A DNA stretch of 64,000 bases from an uncultured delta proteobacterium (lineage in GTDB: Bacteria; Desulfobacterota; Syntrophia; Syntrophales; UBA2185), in assembly GCA_963729715.1 (NCBI GenBank), contig CAVSPA010000006.1:128001-192000 (forward strand). The letters are read 5' to 3'. This document shows, piece by piece, positions 20,540 through 31,692 of this stretch (positions within the stretch are counted from its first letter, which is position 1; each line of letters begins with the position of its first letter). Both the position numbers and the translations under genes were made by a program. Below the pieces are notes generated by a model. It searched no databases and had not been told where the DNA came from. It saw only the letters and a list, made by a program, of their open reading frames with translations.

Positions 20540-21466
20540 TTACGCAATGTTATTCCATATATGTGTAGCATATAAGGTCGGAACGTGATCAACGAAATCG
20601 TCCGGGATAAAGTTTATAAACCCGCGCAGCATCTTACCCCGTGAATTGGCAATGTATGGCACTTCGCCGCTAATTGAGTCGGTTATCTTTTCCCGGCGGC
20701 TTGAGTTCCCATGAACCATCCCACTGCTGTCTATGTACTTCAGATCGCCAACATGCTTATATCGTATGGGGGGCGGCACTTTCGCAACGATGTCATTGTT
20801 ATTGACGAACCGGAAGGCGCTGATGTGGAAGTCATCCGCGAAATCGACATCCCCCACGCGGGGTGAGCCGAACGTATACAGGCCCTGGGCCTTCCCATAT
20901 CTGTTGGCGGCGAGAGTGGCAAGGGCGGCGCCAAGGCTGTGACCAGTAAACCAGATGGTCCGGTTCGAGATATCTTTACTCTTAATACATTTGAGGAGAC
21001 CTTTCTTCTCCCACACCTCGTCGAGTGCGTGGTTAAATCCCCGATGGACCTTCCCGCCCTGGCCCGACTCCGTGAGGATGATGTCGGCGTCTGTTTTCAG
21101 ATCGGCAATGATATTGCCGAAATCTAATCTCCCCTCGCGTCTGCGGATCTCAGTCCCCCTGAATACGATCATGGCGAAATTGTCGTTATTGGCGACAAAG
21201 CACTGCGTACCGTTTCCCGTAAAGAATTTCACTTCCGTGAGACCCGCGTCTTGAAACCGCGGGCGGACAAAATCTTCCTCAGAATAGGCAAGCGTTGATG
21301 CTTCGATAAGCCACCATGCATTTATCATATCAAACGCTGTTGCGCTGTGCCGGAACGGGTAGTCATCTCCACCCTTAAAATAAGGATAATGTGGATAAGG
21401 GGGAGCGATAGCATCCAAGGTTATCTTCGGGAGAATTTCTGCGGGATCTCGTTGTGGGTTTGCCAT
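20540..21466 (-). CDS. Class 3 lipase family protein
   Basis: FRGTE, VHRGF, TGHSLG, TFGSPRVG, DIVAKVP. Confidence 0.9.
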   Translation of the reverse strand: MANPQRDPAEILPKITLDAIAPPYPHYPYFKGGDDYPFRHSATAFDMINAWWLIEASTLAYSEEDFVRPRFQDAGLTEVKFFTGNGTQCFVANNDNFAMIVFRGTEIRRREGRLDFGNIIADLKTDADIILTESGQGGKVHRGFNHALDEVWEKKGLLKCIKSKDISNRTIWFTGHSLGAALATLAANRYGKAQGLYTFGSPRVGDVDFADDFHISAFRFVNNNDIVAKVPPPIRYKHVGDLKYIDSSGMVHGNSSRREKITDSISGEVPYIANSRGKMLRGFINFIPDDFVDHVPTLYATHIWNNIA

Positions 21467-21785
21467 ACTCACTCCTCTCACAGCGCTCAAAATTGAATTC
21501 GGTAGCGAGCAAATGCCTAACGATACTGTTCCATTTAAGAATTCACGAAACCTCGCATGCTTTGCGACAGACTGTATTGTCGCTCTTAGTACCGATAATA
21601 TATTGCAGTTGCAATGCTGAAATATATGCTGAAAAATACGGGGTAAAAACTAATAGTAATAAAAAATTTACCCAATATTCGATAAGTTAAGGAAAACGGT
21701 GAATCTTCCTTAATTTTCGGTTGAGGGTTGCTTGCACTGTCCCTTTTTACCTCTAATTGTCGGGAAAAGAAATCATTTATCTGCA

Positions 21786-21814
21786 TTGACATAAGCAGTT
21801 CAATCATATATGAT
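21786..21814 (+). promoter_or_regulatory. Sigma70-type promoter of the bS22-like gene
   Basis: TTGACA-N17-TATGAT. Confidence 0.6.
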
Positions 21815-21901
21815 ACGGCTGCTTTGGCAGCAGGCAGGTACTGAAAGATCTCCTCGGTTTACGCAAGGAATATAATTCATTAGATATATTTGAGGTAAGT
21901 A

Positions 21902-21991
21902 ATGGGAAGTGTCGTAAAAAAGAGAAAGAAGAAGATAAGTAAACACAAATACAAGAAGCGCTTGAAATCCAACAGGCATAAGAACAAATAA
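21902..21991 (+). CDS. bS22-like (AURKAIP1/COX24 domain) small ribosomal protein, 29 aa
   Basis: MGSVVKKRKKKISKHKYKKRLKSNRHKNK; RBS GAGGT; matches the actinobacterial bS22 pattern MGSVIKKRRKRMSKKKHRK. Confidence 0.85.
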   Translation: MGSVVKKRKKKISKHKYKKRLKSNRHKNK

Positions 21992-22228
21992 GGGACATGA
22001 TCAGATGTGCTGTAGAGATCCGATTGTTAAAGGGGGTCTATGGTACCGCTTCCCCTTCCTATAAAAAATCGGGGGGAATAATGTTCGTTTCTATGTGACG
22101 CACGCGACAAGAAGAAGGGGGTTGGTCGGTTAGGCTGGCCTTTTTTTTTGCCTGTATGGAAAGGCTTAATCTTCTTTAGTGAAGATGAAATGCAGATGCT
22201 CAATGTAATTTTTTGTGAGGACAGATAG

Positions 22229-23323
22229 ATGAGCAAAGTCCGTAAAATGATGGACAATAATAAGAAGAGATTTGCACTTTTTTTAGTCTTTGCTCTTATG
22301 ATTGTCTGTGTGGCAGGCGTTTTTTATTACCGCGAGTACAGAACGAGGTATGTTAGCACAGATGACGCATATGTTACGGGCAGGATTCATGTGATCGCAT
22401 CGAAGGTTCCCGGTACGGTGAGGACAGTTTATGTTGAGGACAATCAGTTTGTAAAGAAGGATGATGTCCTCCTCGAGATCGACGACAGAGACTATGATGT
22501 CAGGGTCAAAGAAGCTGAATCCGCGCGGAATGCGGAGCATGCAAAACTCGAAGAGGTTTCGACGAAGGTGGATGTGACAAAGAAGCAGTTGTTGGAATTG
22601 CAATTCACCGTGAAGTCGGCGCGGGCAAATCTGAATCTCCAGGAGGCAAATCTCAAGCAGGCGGATCTGGATTTCAAGAGGGCTCAGAAGCTTCGCGCGA
22701 AAGAGGTTGTGCCGGAAGAAAGGCTGGAAAAGGCCAAGACGAATTATGACGTTACTGCTGCGCAGGTTGAAGCATCGAGAGAACACTTAAAGCAGGTTGA
22801 GGCTGCCCTCGAAACACAGAAGGCACTGATACAGCAGACAGAGTCGGCCTTTGAATCACAGAACTCCGTGGTGAAACAGAGGGAAGAAACGCGTAAAGCG
22901 GAGGATTTGAAGAAGAGTTATACGAAGATTTATGCGCCCGCGGATGGATACATCACAAAGAAGTCCGTGGAGAACGGCAACCAGATCCAGCCAGGGCAGC
23001 CACTGATGGCCGTTGTTCCCCTCGATGATATCTGGGTAATTGCAAATTATAAGGAAACGCAGATCGAGAATGTGAAGCCCGGTCAAAAGGCGAAGATCAA
23101 AGTGGATACGTATCCGGACCGTGATTTTGAGGGGACGGTGCAGAGCATCATGGCTGGAACCGGCTCTATCTTTTCCCTGTTTCCTCCTGAGAATGCAACG
23201 GGAAATTATGTGAAAGTTGTCCAGCGGGTGCCGATAAAGATTGTCCTCAAGGAAGGGACGGATCCCAACCATATTCTCAGGGTCGGCATGTCTGTTGAAC
23301 CGACAATCATCACGAAGGAATAG
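22229..23323 (+). CDS. emrA: EmrA/HlyD-family periplasmic adaptor
   Basis: STDDAYV, ANYKETQI, FPPENATGNYVKVVQRVP. Confidence 0.9.
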   Translation: MSKVRKMMDNNKKRFALFLVFALMIVCVAGVFYYREYRTRYVSTDDAYVTGRIHVIASKVPGTVRTVYVEDNQFVKKDDVLLEIDDRDYDVRVKEAESARNAEHAKLEEVSTKVDVTKKQLLELQFTVKSARANLNLQEANLKQADLDFKRAQKLRAKEVVPEERLEKAKTNYDVTAAQVEASREHLKQVEAALETQKALIQQTESAFESQNSVVKQREETRKAEDLKKSYTKIYAPADGYITKKSVENGNQIQPGQPLMAVVPLDDIWVIANYKETQIENVKPGQKAKIKVDTYPDRDFEGTVQSIMAGTGSIFSLFPPENATGNYVKVVQRVPIKIVLKEGTDPNHILRVGMSVEPTIITKE

Positions 23324-23330
23324 CTTCCTG

Positions 23331-24875
23331 GTGGATTCACATGTAAACAAGTGGATGGTTGCCATAACCGTGATGCTTCCGACGCTCATGGTTATTATGG
23401 ATACGTCGGTTGTCAATGTCTCTCTGGATCACATTCGCGGCAGCCTTTCCGCCGGCATCGATGAATCCACGTGGTCCATCACATCTTATCTTGCGGCCAA
23501 CGCCATTGTCATCCCCATAACCGGATGGCTGAGCAGGCTCTTAGGCAGGAGACGCCTTCTCATCGTTTCCGTTTCACTTTTTACCGTGAGTTCGCTTTTG
23601 TGCGGTCTTGCCTGGAGCATACAAAGTCTCGTGGTTTTCCGGATTCTCCAGGGCCTTTCCGGCGGCTCCCTTCAACCTATATCCCAGTCCATACTTCTCG
23701 AGACTTTTCCGCCGTCGCAGCACGGTACGGCGATGGCCATTTTCGGAATAGGGATCATGTTCGGACCGATCATCGGGCCTTTTCTGGGAGGGTGGATTAC
23801 CGACAACTGGTCGTGGAACTGGATTTTCTTCATAAATATTCCCGCGGGCATCATCTCCGTCCTGATGACTGCACTCTTTATCGTGGACCCGGCATACATA
23901 CGGGATATAAAGATGAAGATCGATTACTGGGGCCTCATATTTCTCAGCGTCGGCATTGGCTGCCTGCAGATCATGCTGGACAAGGGGCAGAGGGAGGATT
24001 GGTTTTCTTCAGACTTCATTATCTGGCTCTCTGTTGCGTCCGTAATGTCGCTCGTCATTTTTGTAATTGTGGAACTGTTTGTCAAGCATCCCATTGTTAA
24101 TCTGAGGATATTGAGAAACTTTTCCTTCAGTCTCGGAAATATCATCATATTTTTCGTTTTTGTTAATCTCTTTGGCAGTATTGTTCTTTTGCCCATGTAT
24201 CTGCAGAGTCTGATGGGCTATACGTCAACCCTCGCCGGCCTTGTGCTCGCGCCCGGAGGCGTTGCGACGCTTATGGTCATGCCCATTGTCGGACTGCTTA
24301 TAACCAGGATAAATTCGAAGGGTATTGTTGTTGCCGGTATCGTTGTGACTGCCTACTCGACATATTTGATGTCCGCGTTCAACAGGCTGGCGGATTTCAA
24401 CACGGTTGTGTGGCCAAGGATTATTATGGGTATTGGCGTGGGGTTGATAATAATCCCGCTTACTACCCTCACCCTTTCCCGCATGAAAAAAGAGCAAATG
24501 GGAAATGCCACATCAATCTTTAATCTCGTGAGAAATATCGGGGGGAGCTTCGGTGTTGCCATTTCCACAACGATCCTGACACGGAGGGCCCAATTCCATC
24601 AGGCGCATCTTATCGACCATCTCACACCGTTTGATATGACATATGCCTTGGGCAGCAGTCGGGCCTCAGAGGCCCTGCAACAGAGAGGCCTGGAACCGGC
24701 CATTTCCGGTCAGGGAGGGCTTGCCGCCATATATGATCAGGTTGTCAGGGAAGCATCCATGATGTCTTTTAACGACGTCTTCTATCTCTTGTCTGTCATG
24801 CTGGTCTTGACTGTGCCCCTGGTCTTCTTCATGCGACGGATTTACCATGACGCAGCGGATGATAAAAATCATTAA
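23331..24875 (+). CDS. emrB: EmrB/DHA2 MFS efflux transporter
   Basis: MDTSVVNVSL, W-x-ITSYL, WIFFINIP; about 14 TM segments; GTG start inferred. Confidence 0.9.
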   Translation: MDSHVNKWMVAITVMLPTLMVIMDTSVVNVSLDHIRGSLSAGIDESTWSITSYLAANAIVIPITGWLSRLLGRRRLLIVSVSLFTVSSLLCGLAWSIQSLVVFRILQGLSGGSLQPISQSILLETFPPSQHGTAMAIFGIGIMFGPIIGPFLGGWITDNWSWNWIFFINIPAGIISVLMTALFIVDPAYIRDIKMKIDYWGLIFLSVGIGCLQIMLDKGQREDWFSSDFIIWLSVASVMSLVIFVIVELFVKHPIVNLRILRNFSFSLGNIIIFFVFVNLFGSIVLLPMYLQSLMGYTSTLAGLVLAPGGVATLMVMPIVGLLITRINSKGIVVAGIVVTAYSTYLMSAFNRLADFNTVVWPRIIMGIGVGLIIIPLTTLTLSRMKKEQMGNATSIFNLVRNIGGSFGVAISTTILTRRAQFHQAHLIDHLTPFDMTYALGSSRASEALQQRGLEPAISGQGGLAAIYDQVVREASMMSFNDVFYLLSVMLVLTVPLVFFMRRIYHDAADDKNH

Positions 24876-24952
24876 AGGCAGTACATGTTCTTGACGAAGG
24901 TATAATAGCAACGTTAGCTGTATGATCTAACCTATTACCAGGGAGCGAACAG

Positions 24953-25408
24953 ATGAGTTCATTGAAAATCTTAAAGGAATTTCTTGCAAAGATAAAATCT
25001 CGAAAACAAGACAGAGACATTATGCAGATTGCCGATATCATCGGGCCGATGATAGAAAAAGCGGTCTGGGATATCTTCGTCAGTTACAGGGTGGAATTGT
25101 TGTCTGAAGAGATTATCTTTGTTATCCCAGCGATTTGGGGCGCCAAGAAGGACGGTGAACTCACTGCGACGCAAAAGGCGATTGGCGAACAGATTGCTCC
25201 TGTGATTAAGAGAATTTTCGAGCTCCTTGATATAAGGGATCTGGACTCCACCCAGGAATTTGCCCTCAATTATCTAGTTCGGGGGCTTATCGTATCAAAA
25301 ATCACTTACATGATTGAGGCATTCCGGAGCAAGCTGAAGGACAGGTCACTAGATGAGCAAGGACTTAAGGATGCCCTCTTGCGCTTCAAGCCGCAGGGCA
25401 ACGCTTAA
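24953..25408 (+). CDS. Hypothetical protein
   Basis: 151-aa ORF with GGGAG upstream. Confidence 0.6.
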   Translation: MSSLKILKEFLAKIKSRKQDRDIMQIADIIGPMIEKAVWDIFVSYRVELLSEEIIFVIPAIWGAKKDGELTATQKAIGEQIAPVIKRIFELLDIRDLDSTQEFALNYLVRGLIVSKITYMIEAFRSKLKDRSLDEQGLKDALLRFKPQGNA

Positions 25409-25422
25409 ATCAGGAATCGTTG

Positions 25423-26520
25423 CTAAAGACTCGTACCGAAGGCAAGGGATTGCTTATCGAAACTGAAGCGCATATTAGCATGGACGAGCTCATTGCGGCT
25501 CTCGATGAAAGGATGATAAACGAGGAGACATTCATCGAGGGCAATGCGAATTTGGGGAAGGAGAGGAAGAACTCTCCGCTTATCTGTAACGATATCGGCA
25601 ATGGCAATCGCGATGCTTTCCGCCACTGCGCTCGGCGGGAGAGTAACAGGGTGGAGCGGCGCATTAGGAAGCGAGTCATTTGCTTTTTCTGCCGGCTGTG
25701 AAATGGTCATCTGCCGTACCTACCTGAGAAACAGTGCAGGGTTAATTTTGAATGCAGGACTCCAGAAATAAAGGGGCGTCTGCTCGAAAGCTGGAGTAAT
25801 TGCCTTCGGGAGGTTTCCCATGCGGATGAGGCCTGCATACGTATCGAGTTTGATGCCTTCTATCCGGGCTTTCATTCTCCAGAACGGCAGGTAGTGTGAT
25901 ACGTCACCCGCACCTTCCATTACAGCGAAATCCACCTTTCTAAATTCTTTTCCTTCGCATCGCCAGGCAGTGCTGCAATTTTTGCATATGAGAACCAAGG
26001 CTTCTTTCTCAACTTGGAGATCCCATCCGCACTGCGGACACAGAGTGGATATAAATGATATGCGCCAACTCTGGGGCTTGCTTGCAGCGAGCATGCGATC
26101 CACACCTTCAGTCTTCATCACGCACACGGGTCGCTTGAGAAGAGCGTCACAGAGGTTATTGTTCTCCATGTACACGGGTGAATAAATCAAACTGGTCGTT
26201 TCTCCGACAAAGATGTTGTGAACATTAGCAGGAGCGGGCGGCTCCGCAATGCCGAATTGCTTTTCCAATATCTGTGAGACGGATACGGCGGTGTTCTTCA
26301 GAACATCCTGAACCGGCATCTCTGGATCAAGGAACCAGCCCTCGATTTCCGGAGAGACAAATTTCAATTTTAATACCTGCGGCCTGAGTCCTAAAGACGG
26401 AGGGATGCCCCACGATTTCAGGGCCAGAATATTGGTGTCAACAAAGCGCTGAGTGAGCCCGCTTTCCTGCATGGCATAAGAGAGTCCTTTCATACGCCAG
26501 TAAGGGACAAAAAATACTTG
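25423..26520 (-). pseudogene. 5'-truncated zinc-ribbon protein gene with internal in-frame TAG
   Basis: FFVPYWRMKG...CPQCG...CKNC...YLPFWRMK...NPALFLR-TAG(25720-25722)-VRQMTISQP, continuing in the same frame to 25423. Confidence 0.65.
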
Positions 26521-26847
26521 ACAATCATTATGCTTATCGTTAACTATCTAAGAGCAAAAGGTTTATTTTACACTACCGAATACTGTCAAGCCTCCCTGAC
26601 CCGATAGAGGTCTCTTGTTTGTAATGTGCGGAGGTTTCTCGTCTCAAATCTTTATCATTGCAGCCATCCTCGCGGATGGTCAGTCTGTCTGACATTTTTT
26701 TCTTTCACATGAGAACATGAAGGTGGTGGGAGAAATGTCAACCTGGAGAACGTTTATCAAGATACACAAAAAATCATTTGAGCACCTTTTTATTCGAAGG
26801 GAGGTTTCCTTGCCCCTGAAAGTTCGCCGCAATGAGAGGCATAAGAA

Positions 26848-28506
26848 ATGAAGTGTCCTAAATGCCAGTTTGAAAATAGAGATGGGGCGAAATTCTGCAA
26901 AGATTGCGGTCACAAATTGGAGGCCCTATGTTCCCAGTGCGGAGCTATAAATCTGCCCGACAGTAAATTTTGCGATAGTTGCGGACGGAGATTAGATGAA
27001 ACTGGACAAAAAGAAAAGGCAATTCCCGCACCTGAGGGCGAGCGCAAGCACGTCACAGTATTGTTTTCCGATGTGTCCGGCTATACGACTATGTCTGCGA
27101 GACTTGATCCTGAAGAAGTGAAGGAGATCATGGGGCAGATCATAGGTGGCGTAAACAGGGTCATTAAGCAGTATGGGGGATTCATGGAGAAGTATGTCGG
27201 TGATGCCGTCATGGCTCTCTTCGGTGCTCCTTTTGCCCAGGAAGATGATCCGGTAAGGGCGATAAAAGCCGCCGGAGATATCCATGGCGTCGTTAAATCC
27301 CTGAGTCAGCGGTACGAAGAGAAGATCGGGAAACCGCTGGCAATGCATACGGGCATCTGTACCGGCTTAGTCGTAACAGGTAACGTCAATTTAGAAAAAG
27401 GGACCCACGGAGTATTGGGAGATACGATCAACGTGGCTTTCCGGCTCTCTGCCCTGGCAAAGCCAGGCGAAATCATTGTGGACACTGGCACTTATCGCCG
27501 AGCGGCGGGACATTTCAATTTTGATACTCTCGAGCCGGCCACTGTGAATGGCAAGACAGAACCCGTAAGGATTTTCAGGGTTATATCACCCGAGGAAAAA
27601 CCCACCAAGACTCACCGCCTGTCCGGCATGAGGGCGGAACTTATAGGGCGTAAGGTGGAGATGGCTCAATTACAAGGAAGCCATATACAATTTGAAACAG
27701 GGGGCCGTGTTCTCCATCGTGGGCGATGCCGGCACAGGGAAAAGCAGGCTCATCGAAGAGTTCACGGCTGCATTGGACATCAAGGAGATTCGGTGAAGGG
27801 GGGGGACATTGTTATCCCTACAGCCAGAACATCCCCTACTTTCCCCTCATCAATCTCCTGAGCCGGGCATGGCAGATTCGCGAGGGTGACTCGGCCGATA
27901 TGGTAAGACAAAAGGTCGAAGCCGGGGCGAAAAATCTGATCGGAGACAGGAAAGACCGTATACCCTATGTGGGAAGCCTTTATTCCCTCAACTACGCGGA
28001 GATCGAAAGCGTCAGCCCCCATTTTTGGAAGGCTCGTCTTCATGAGACGGTAAGGAAGATTTTTTCGGCGGCCCTTCCACGCATAGGTCCGACGGTCATC
28101 TGCGTTGAGGATCTGCATTGGGCAGATCCGTCCTTTGTAGAACTATTGCGTCACGTCCTTGCTGATTTCAGGTTTCCGGCGATCGTCCTGTGTACCTACA
28201 GACCTTCGTTTAGTCTCTTCACAGTCCATCAGGTGAACGGTCTGGGTAAGTTGTACCAGGAGATCAGACTCTATGATCTCTCAAAGGGCGGAGGAGAGTT
28301 TCCAAAAGGCCATAGAGGTAGCAAGAGAGATCGGGGCTAAGGGCGTGCTCGGTCAATGTTATCTCGACTTGGGGCAACTATACAAGGTCAAGAAGAAAAC
28401 CGATCAGGCGAGGAAATGCATTGCCGACGCCGTGGAGACTTTTAAAGAGTGCGAGGCGGATGTCTTCCTGCAACAGGCCAGAGAGTCTTTAGAAGCTTTG
28501 ATTTAA
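26848..28506 (+). pseudogene. Double-zinc-ribbon adenylate/guanylate cyclase-AAA-TPR protein, frameshifted and internally deleted
   Basis: CPKC...FCKDCG; ERKHVTVLFSD and GDAVMALFG; Walker A (GDAGTGKS) and EDLHWAD in other frames; jump to the terminal TPR near 28283. Confidence 0.85.
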
Positions 28507-28586
28507 ATATTTGAAGAAAAGTTATTGATTGAAGTTTTAATGATATAGCAATAATCTAAAAATCATAAATAAGTGGGCTATTTTTC

Positions 28587-28956
28587 ATGACGAGGGATGA
28601 GAAGGTCAAGTACTGGACAGAATCCGCAAAAAATGACTGGGTAGTTGCAGATCATTTTTTTGAAAAGATGAGACTATCCGTATGCCCTTTTCTTTGGCCA
28701 TTTAACTGTCGAGAAACCGTTAGAAGCACTCTTTGTAAAAAAGTTTAACGAATCACCACTGTTTACACACAGCCTCACTTATCTGGCTGAGAAGGTGGGT
28801 TTAACACCAACCGCTGAACAACTGGAGTTATTAGAAATAATAACAGATTTCAATTTTGAGGTTCGATACCCGGACGAGAAATTTTCATTCCATGATAAAT
28901 GTACAAATCATTTTTCTAAAACTTTCGTGCAAAAAATTGAGGAAATGCCAAGCTGA
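28587..28956 (+). pseudogene. HEPN-domain protein (HEPN/MNT type), frameshifted
   Basis: MTRDEKVKYW...DHFFEK, frameshift near 28670, then DYPYALFFGHLTVEK...THSLTYLA...RYPD. Confidence 0.75.
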
Positions 28957-29268
28957 GAATCACGACACAAGAAAATTCTTCCGGGAATGCGGTGCTGACG
29001 GTTGGGTTACGAGAACGGAAAAAACTCTTGCCGAGATTTCATGAGAAATCGACCGCTACTTTTCGTGATCTTCAAACTTCAATATTGTGAACGCGTGAGG
29101 ATAAGTAGATGAACGAAACAGACGACCTCTCTTGCTGCCTTCCTGAAACATCGTGAACCTACTTATGGTTCTCCGTTGAAACTTTCAGTTAAGAATAGCC
29201 ATCATGTAATTGCGATTTTCTGATGGTTGATGCATGAAACAGCATGAATTCGTTAAGGGGGGAAATCA

Positions 29269-29751
29269 ATGAGAGCATTACTCATAAGAATCATACTTGT
29301 TACTTTTCTATTTGTCTTCTTCGTTTCAGGACAATTACAGTCACAAGAGGAGAGCGATGGTCGATTTATTGCAAAAGGCAACGGGACGGTATTGGATACC
29401 AAGACCGGCCTGATATGGGCGGCGCGGGACAACGGAAGCGATATCAGATGGCCTAAGGCCAAGTCGTATTGTGAGAACTACCGCGGTGGCGGGTATACGG
29501 ACTGGCGGATGCCGACACGTGACGAACTGGCGGGGTTGTATGATGCGAACAAATCCCAAAAAGTAGAATGCGGCGGTCTCCCCATCCATGTTGCTACAGA
29601 CTTAATTCGTCTTACTTGCTTGTGGGCGTGGGCCTCTGAGAGGCGCGGTTCCTACGCTGCTGACTTCGATTTCATGGATGGCAAGTGGGGCTGGTATCAC
29701 CGATTAATCCACTACAAGTGCCGGGCGCTCCCGGTGCGCTTTAGCAAATAG
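29269..29751 (+). CDS. Exported DUF1566 (Lcl C-terminal domain) protein
   Basis: Signal peptide; GNGTVLDTKTGLIW, DWRMPTRDEL, terminal LPVR. Confidence 0.85.
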   Translation: MRALLIRIILVTFLFVFFVSGQLQSQEESDGRFIAKGNGTVLDTKTGLIWAARDNGSDIRWPKAKSYCENYRGGGYTDWRMPTRDELAGLYDANKSQKVECGGLPIHVATDLIRLTCLWAWASERRGSYAADFDFMDGKWGWYHRLIHYKCRALPVRFSK

Positions 29752-30386
29752 GTTATTTGGTTTTTTGATCATTTTCTTTTGGATATGGATCGCATCCATA
29801 CACCTTTCTTTTGTTAATCTGTAATTCAATTAGTAATAGGTCACTGTTTGTTAGTAGGCGGAGGATGCAAGAATAATCAGCTAGTGACTATAGAAAAATT
29901 ATTTTAGAGCTGTTCCCGCGGTGTACTTCCTTGTTATCCACAATTTAGAGGTAATAAAAATTATTCACGAGCTTTCTCTTCGTAATTAATAGCTCTATGG
30001 AGATTCCGACTACTCCTGGGATGCCTACATTCAGTAATAACGCCTCATTTATGATGAGCGTGCGGCAGAGATCTGTCTGAATTGTGCATAAATTGTGATC
30101 AAAAATGCATTTATGATGGGCCAATCGACTAAAAGTGATTTCATTTATCAAAATGACACCCGCTCTTACATCCCTTTCATAATCACCAGAATCACACCTC
30201 ACATTTTATGGTCATTTTTTCATTGACACATAAGACCGTTTTTCTTAAACTTTCTCCACGAAAAAGGAAGTTCTTATCAAAAAACAAAATCAAATTTTCA
30301 TTCGAAGAGCAATCCAATATATCATTTTGACGTTATCTTAAACTCGAAATCGGGTGGATCGAAACAATAAGACTAAGGAGGAAAGT

Positions 30387-30860
30387 ATGAGAAAGATAGC
30401 AACATGGATTGCAGTAGTTACAGCGACTTTAATGTTGAATATGATGTTTGCGCTACCATCATTTGCTCAAAAATCACAGGCGGCAGGGTCTAGCGTATCA
30501 ATGGGTGCCTGGACTTTTGGCATTCCAGCACTTGATGCCGAAACATCATTTACTGGAACGGAAGCAATAGTGGCCAAACCGGGTACGGTGAAGAAAATTG
30601 AGCCGATGACCGGTGTGAAAGGCGGCCTACAAATGAGATTCGTGCCGGATCAAGGTAATGCATGCAAAGTCTATATGGGGCCCAAGTGGTTCATTGAAAA
30701 TCAGAAGGTCAAATTTATCGCCGGCGACAAGGTCGAAGTAAGGGGTAAGAAGTATGGTAACGCGATCATTGCCACGGAAATAAGCAAGGGCGATTTGACC
30801 ATGAAACTTCGCAACGAGGAAGATGGTATGCCAATCTGGGAAAGTAGCTTCCGCCGGTAA
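30387..30860 (+). CDS. Exported OB-fold-like protein (MamS/MamX-like pattern)
   Basis: RBS AAGGAGG; signal peptide; MGPKWF...GDKVEVRG...LRNEEDGMPIW pattern. Family recalled from memory. Confidence 0.6.
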   Translation: MRKIATWIAVVTATLMLNMMFALPSFAQKSQAAGSSVSMGAWTFGIPALDAETSFTGTEAIVAKPGTVKKIEPMTGVKGGLQMRFVPDQGNACKVYMGPKWFIENQKVKFIAGDKVEVRGKKYGNAIIATEISKGDLTMKLRNEEDGMPIWESSFRR

Positions 30861-31182
30861 GTAAAAAGGTAATAATAAACAAGCGATCCACGACCCACCC
30901 AATTTTTGAGCCGGCTCAATGCATTATAATAAAGTTTTGATCTCGACTTGCTAGTCAGTGAGTTTTAGACACAGCAATTAACAACATTTTACCCCGGAAG
31001 AAGGAGATAAAGATGGTGATGAGATGGTTACTGAAGGGTCTGTTTCTTTCTCTGCTCTTTGTTGACATATTTAGTGAGAAAATTAGCTTGACATAGAAGA
31101 AAAATCACTCTTATACTTTGCCAACAAAAAAAGGACTTCTTATCAATTATAATCTAACCCAAAAATAGTGAGCAGAATACCC

Positions 31183-31494
31183 ATGAAGCGGAGGAAACAT
31201 TCCCTTATCGTCTGTCTTTTGAGTGTGATGCTCCTGCTCGTCACGTTACAACCCCTTTTTGCTGCCGAAAGAATTATCAAAATGGTGGTTCCCGGATGCG
31301 AGTGACAGGACACGGCTAACAGGGTACGTGATGCCCTGAAGGAAATCCCGGGCGTGCTGGAGTATGATGCGGATCAATTTACTCACGAAGTAATGGTAAA
31401 ATTCGACGACACAAAAACCAGTATCAATAAGATTGTAGAGGGTCTGGCCAAGCAAGAATTCCCGATCGAAGGGCAGCCGAAGATCACCCAGTAA
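31183..31494 (+). CDS. Exported HMA-like (MerP/CopZ fold) selenoprotein, 103 aa, Sec at TGA 31303-31305
   Basis: Signal peptide, then AERIIKMVVPGCE-U-QDTANRVRDALKEIPGV...VMVKFDDTKTSINKIVEGL; hairpin 15 nt after the TGA. Confidence 0.82.
31320..31338 (+). promoter_or_regulatory. Candidate bacterial SECIS element
   Basis: CAGGGTA-CGTGA-TGCCCTG; 7-bp stem with one G-U pair; loop G at +23 from the TGA. Confidence 0.7.
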
Positions 31495-31692
31495 GCTTGA
31501 AGAGATGCGGGGTGATTAATACACGCTCAAGACTATCTGACAAGTGGTTATCATAATGTGAACGAGGGACTATATTATGAAAAGCCGACAGTTTACATGG
31601 ATATGGTTGTTTCTCGGCTTTTTTGTCTCTTTTACGCTGGCCCAAACAATAGTAGCCAATAAAGAGACTACGACTCTCATAAGGAGGAATAA

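Noticed and set aside
20216..20575. 119-aa ORF after mop
   Set aside because: No RBS or motif; probably a gene fragment running into the convergent lipase.
25720..25722. In-frame TAG as pyrrolysine
   Set aside because: The gene is also 5'-truncated, a TGG-to-TAG nonsense change is simpler, and no pyl genes are in the window.
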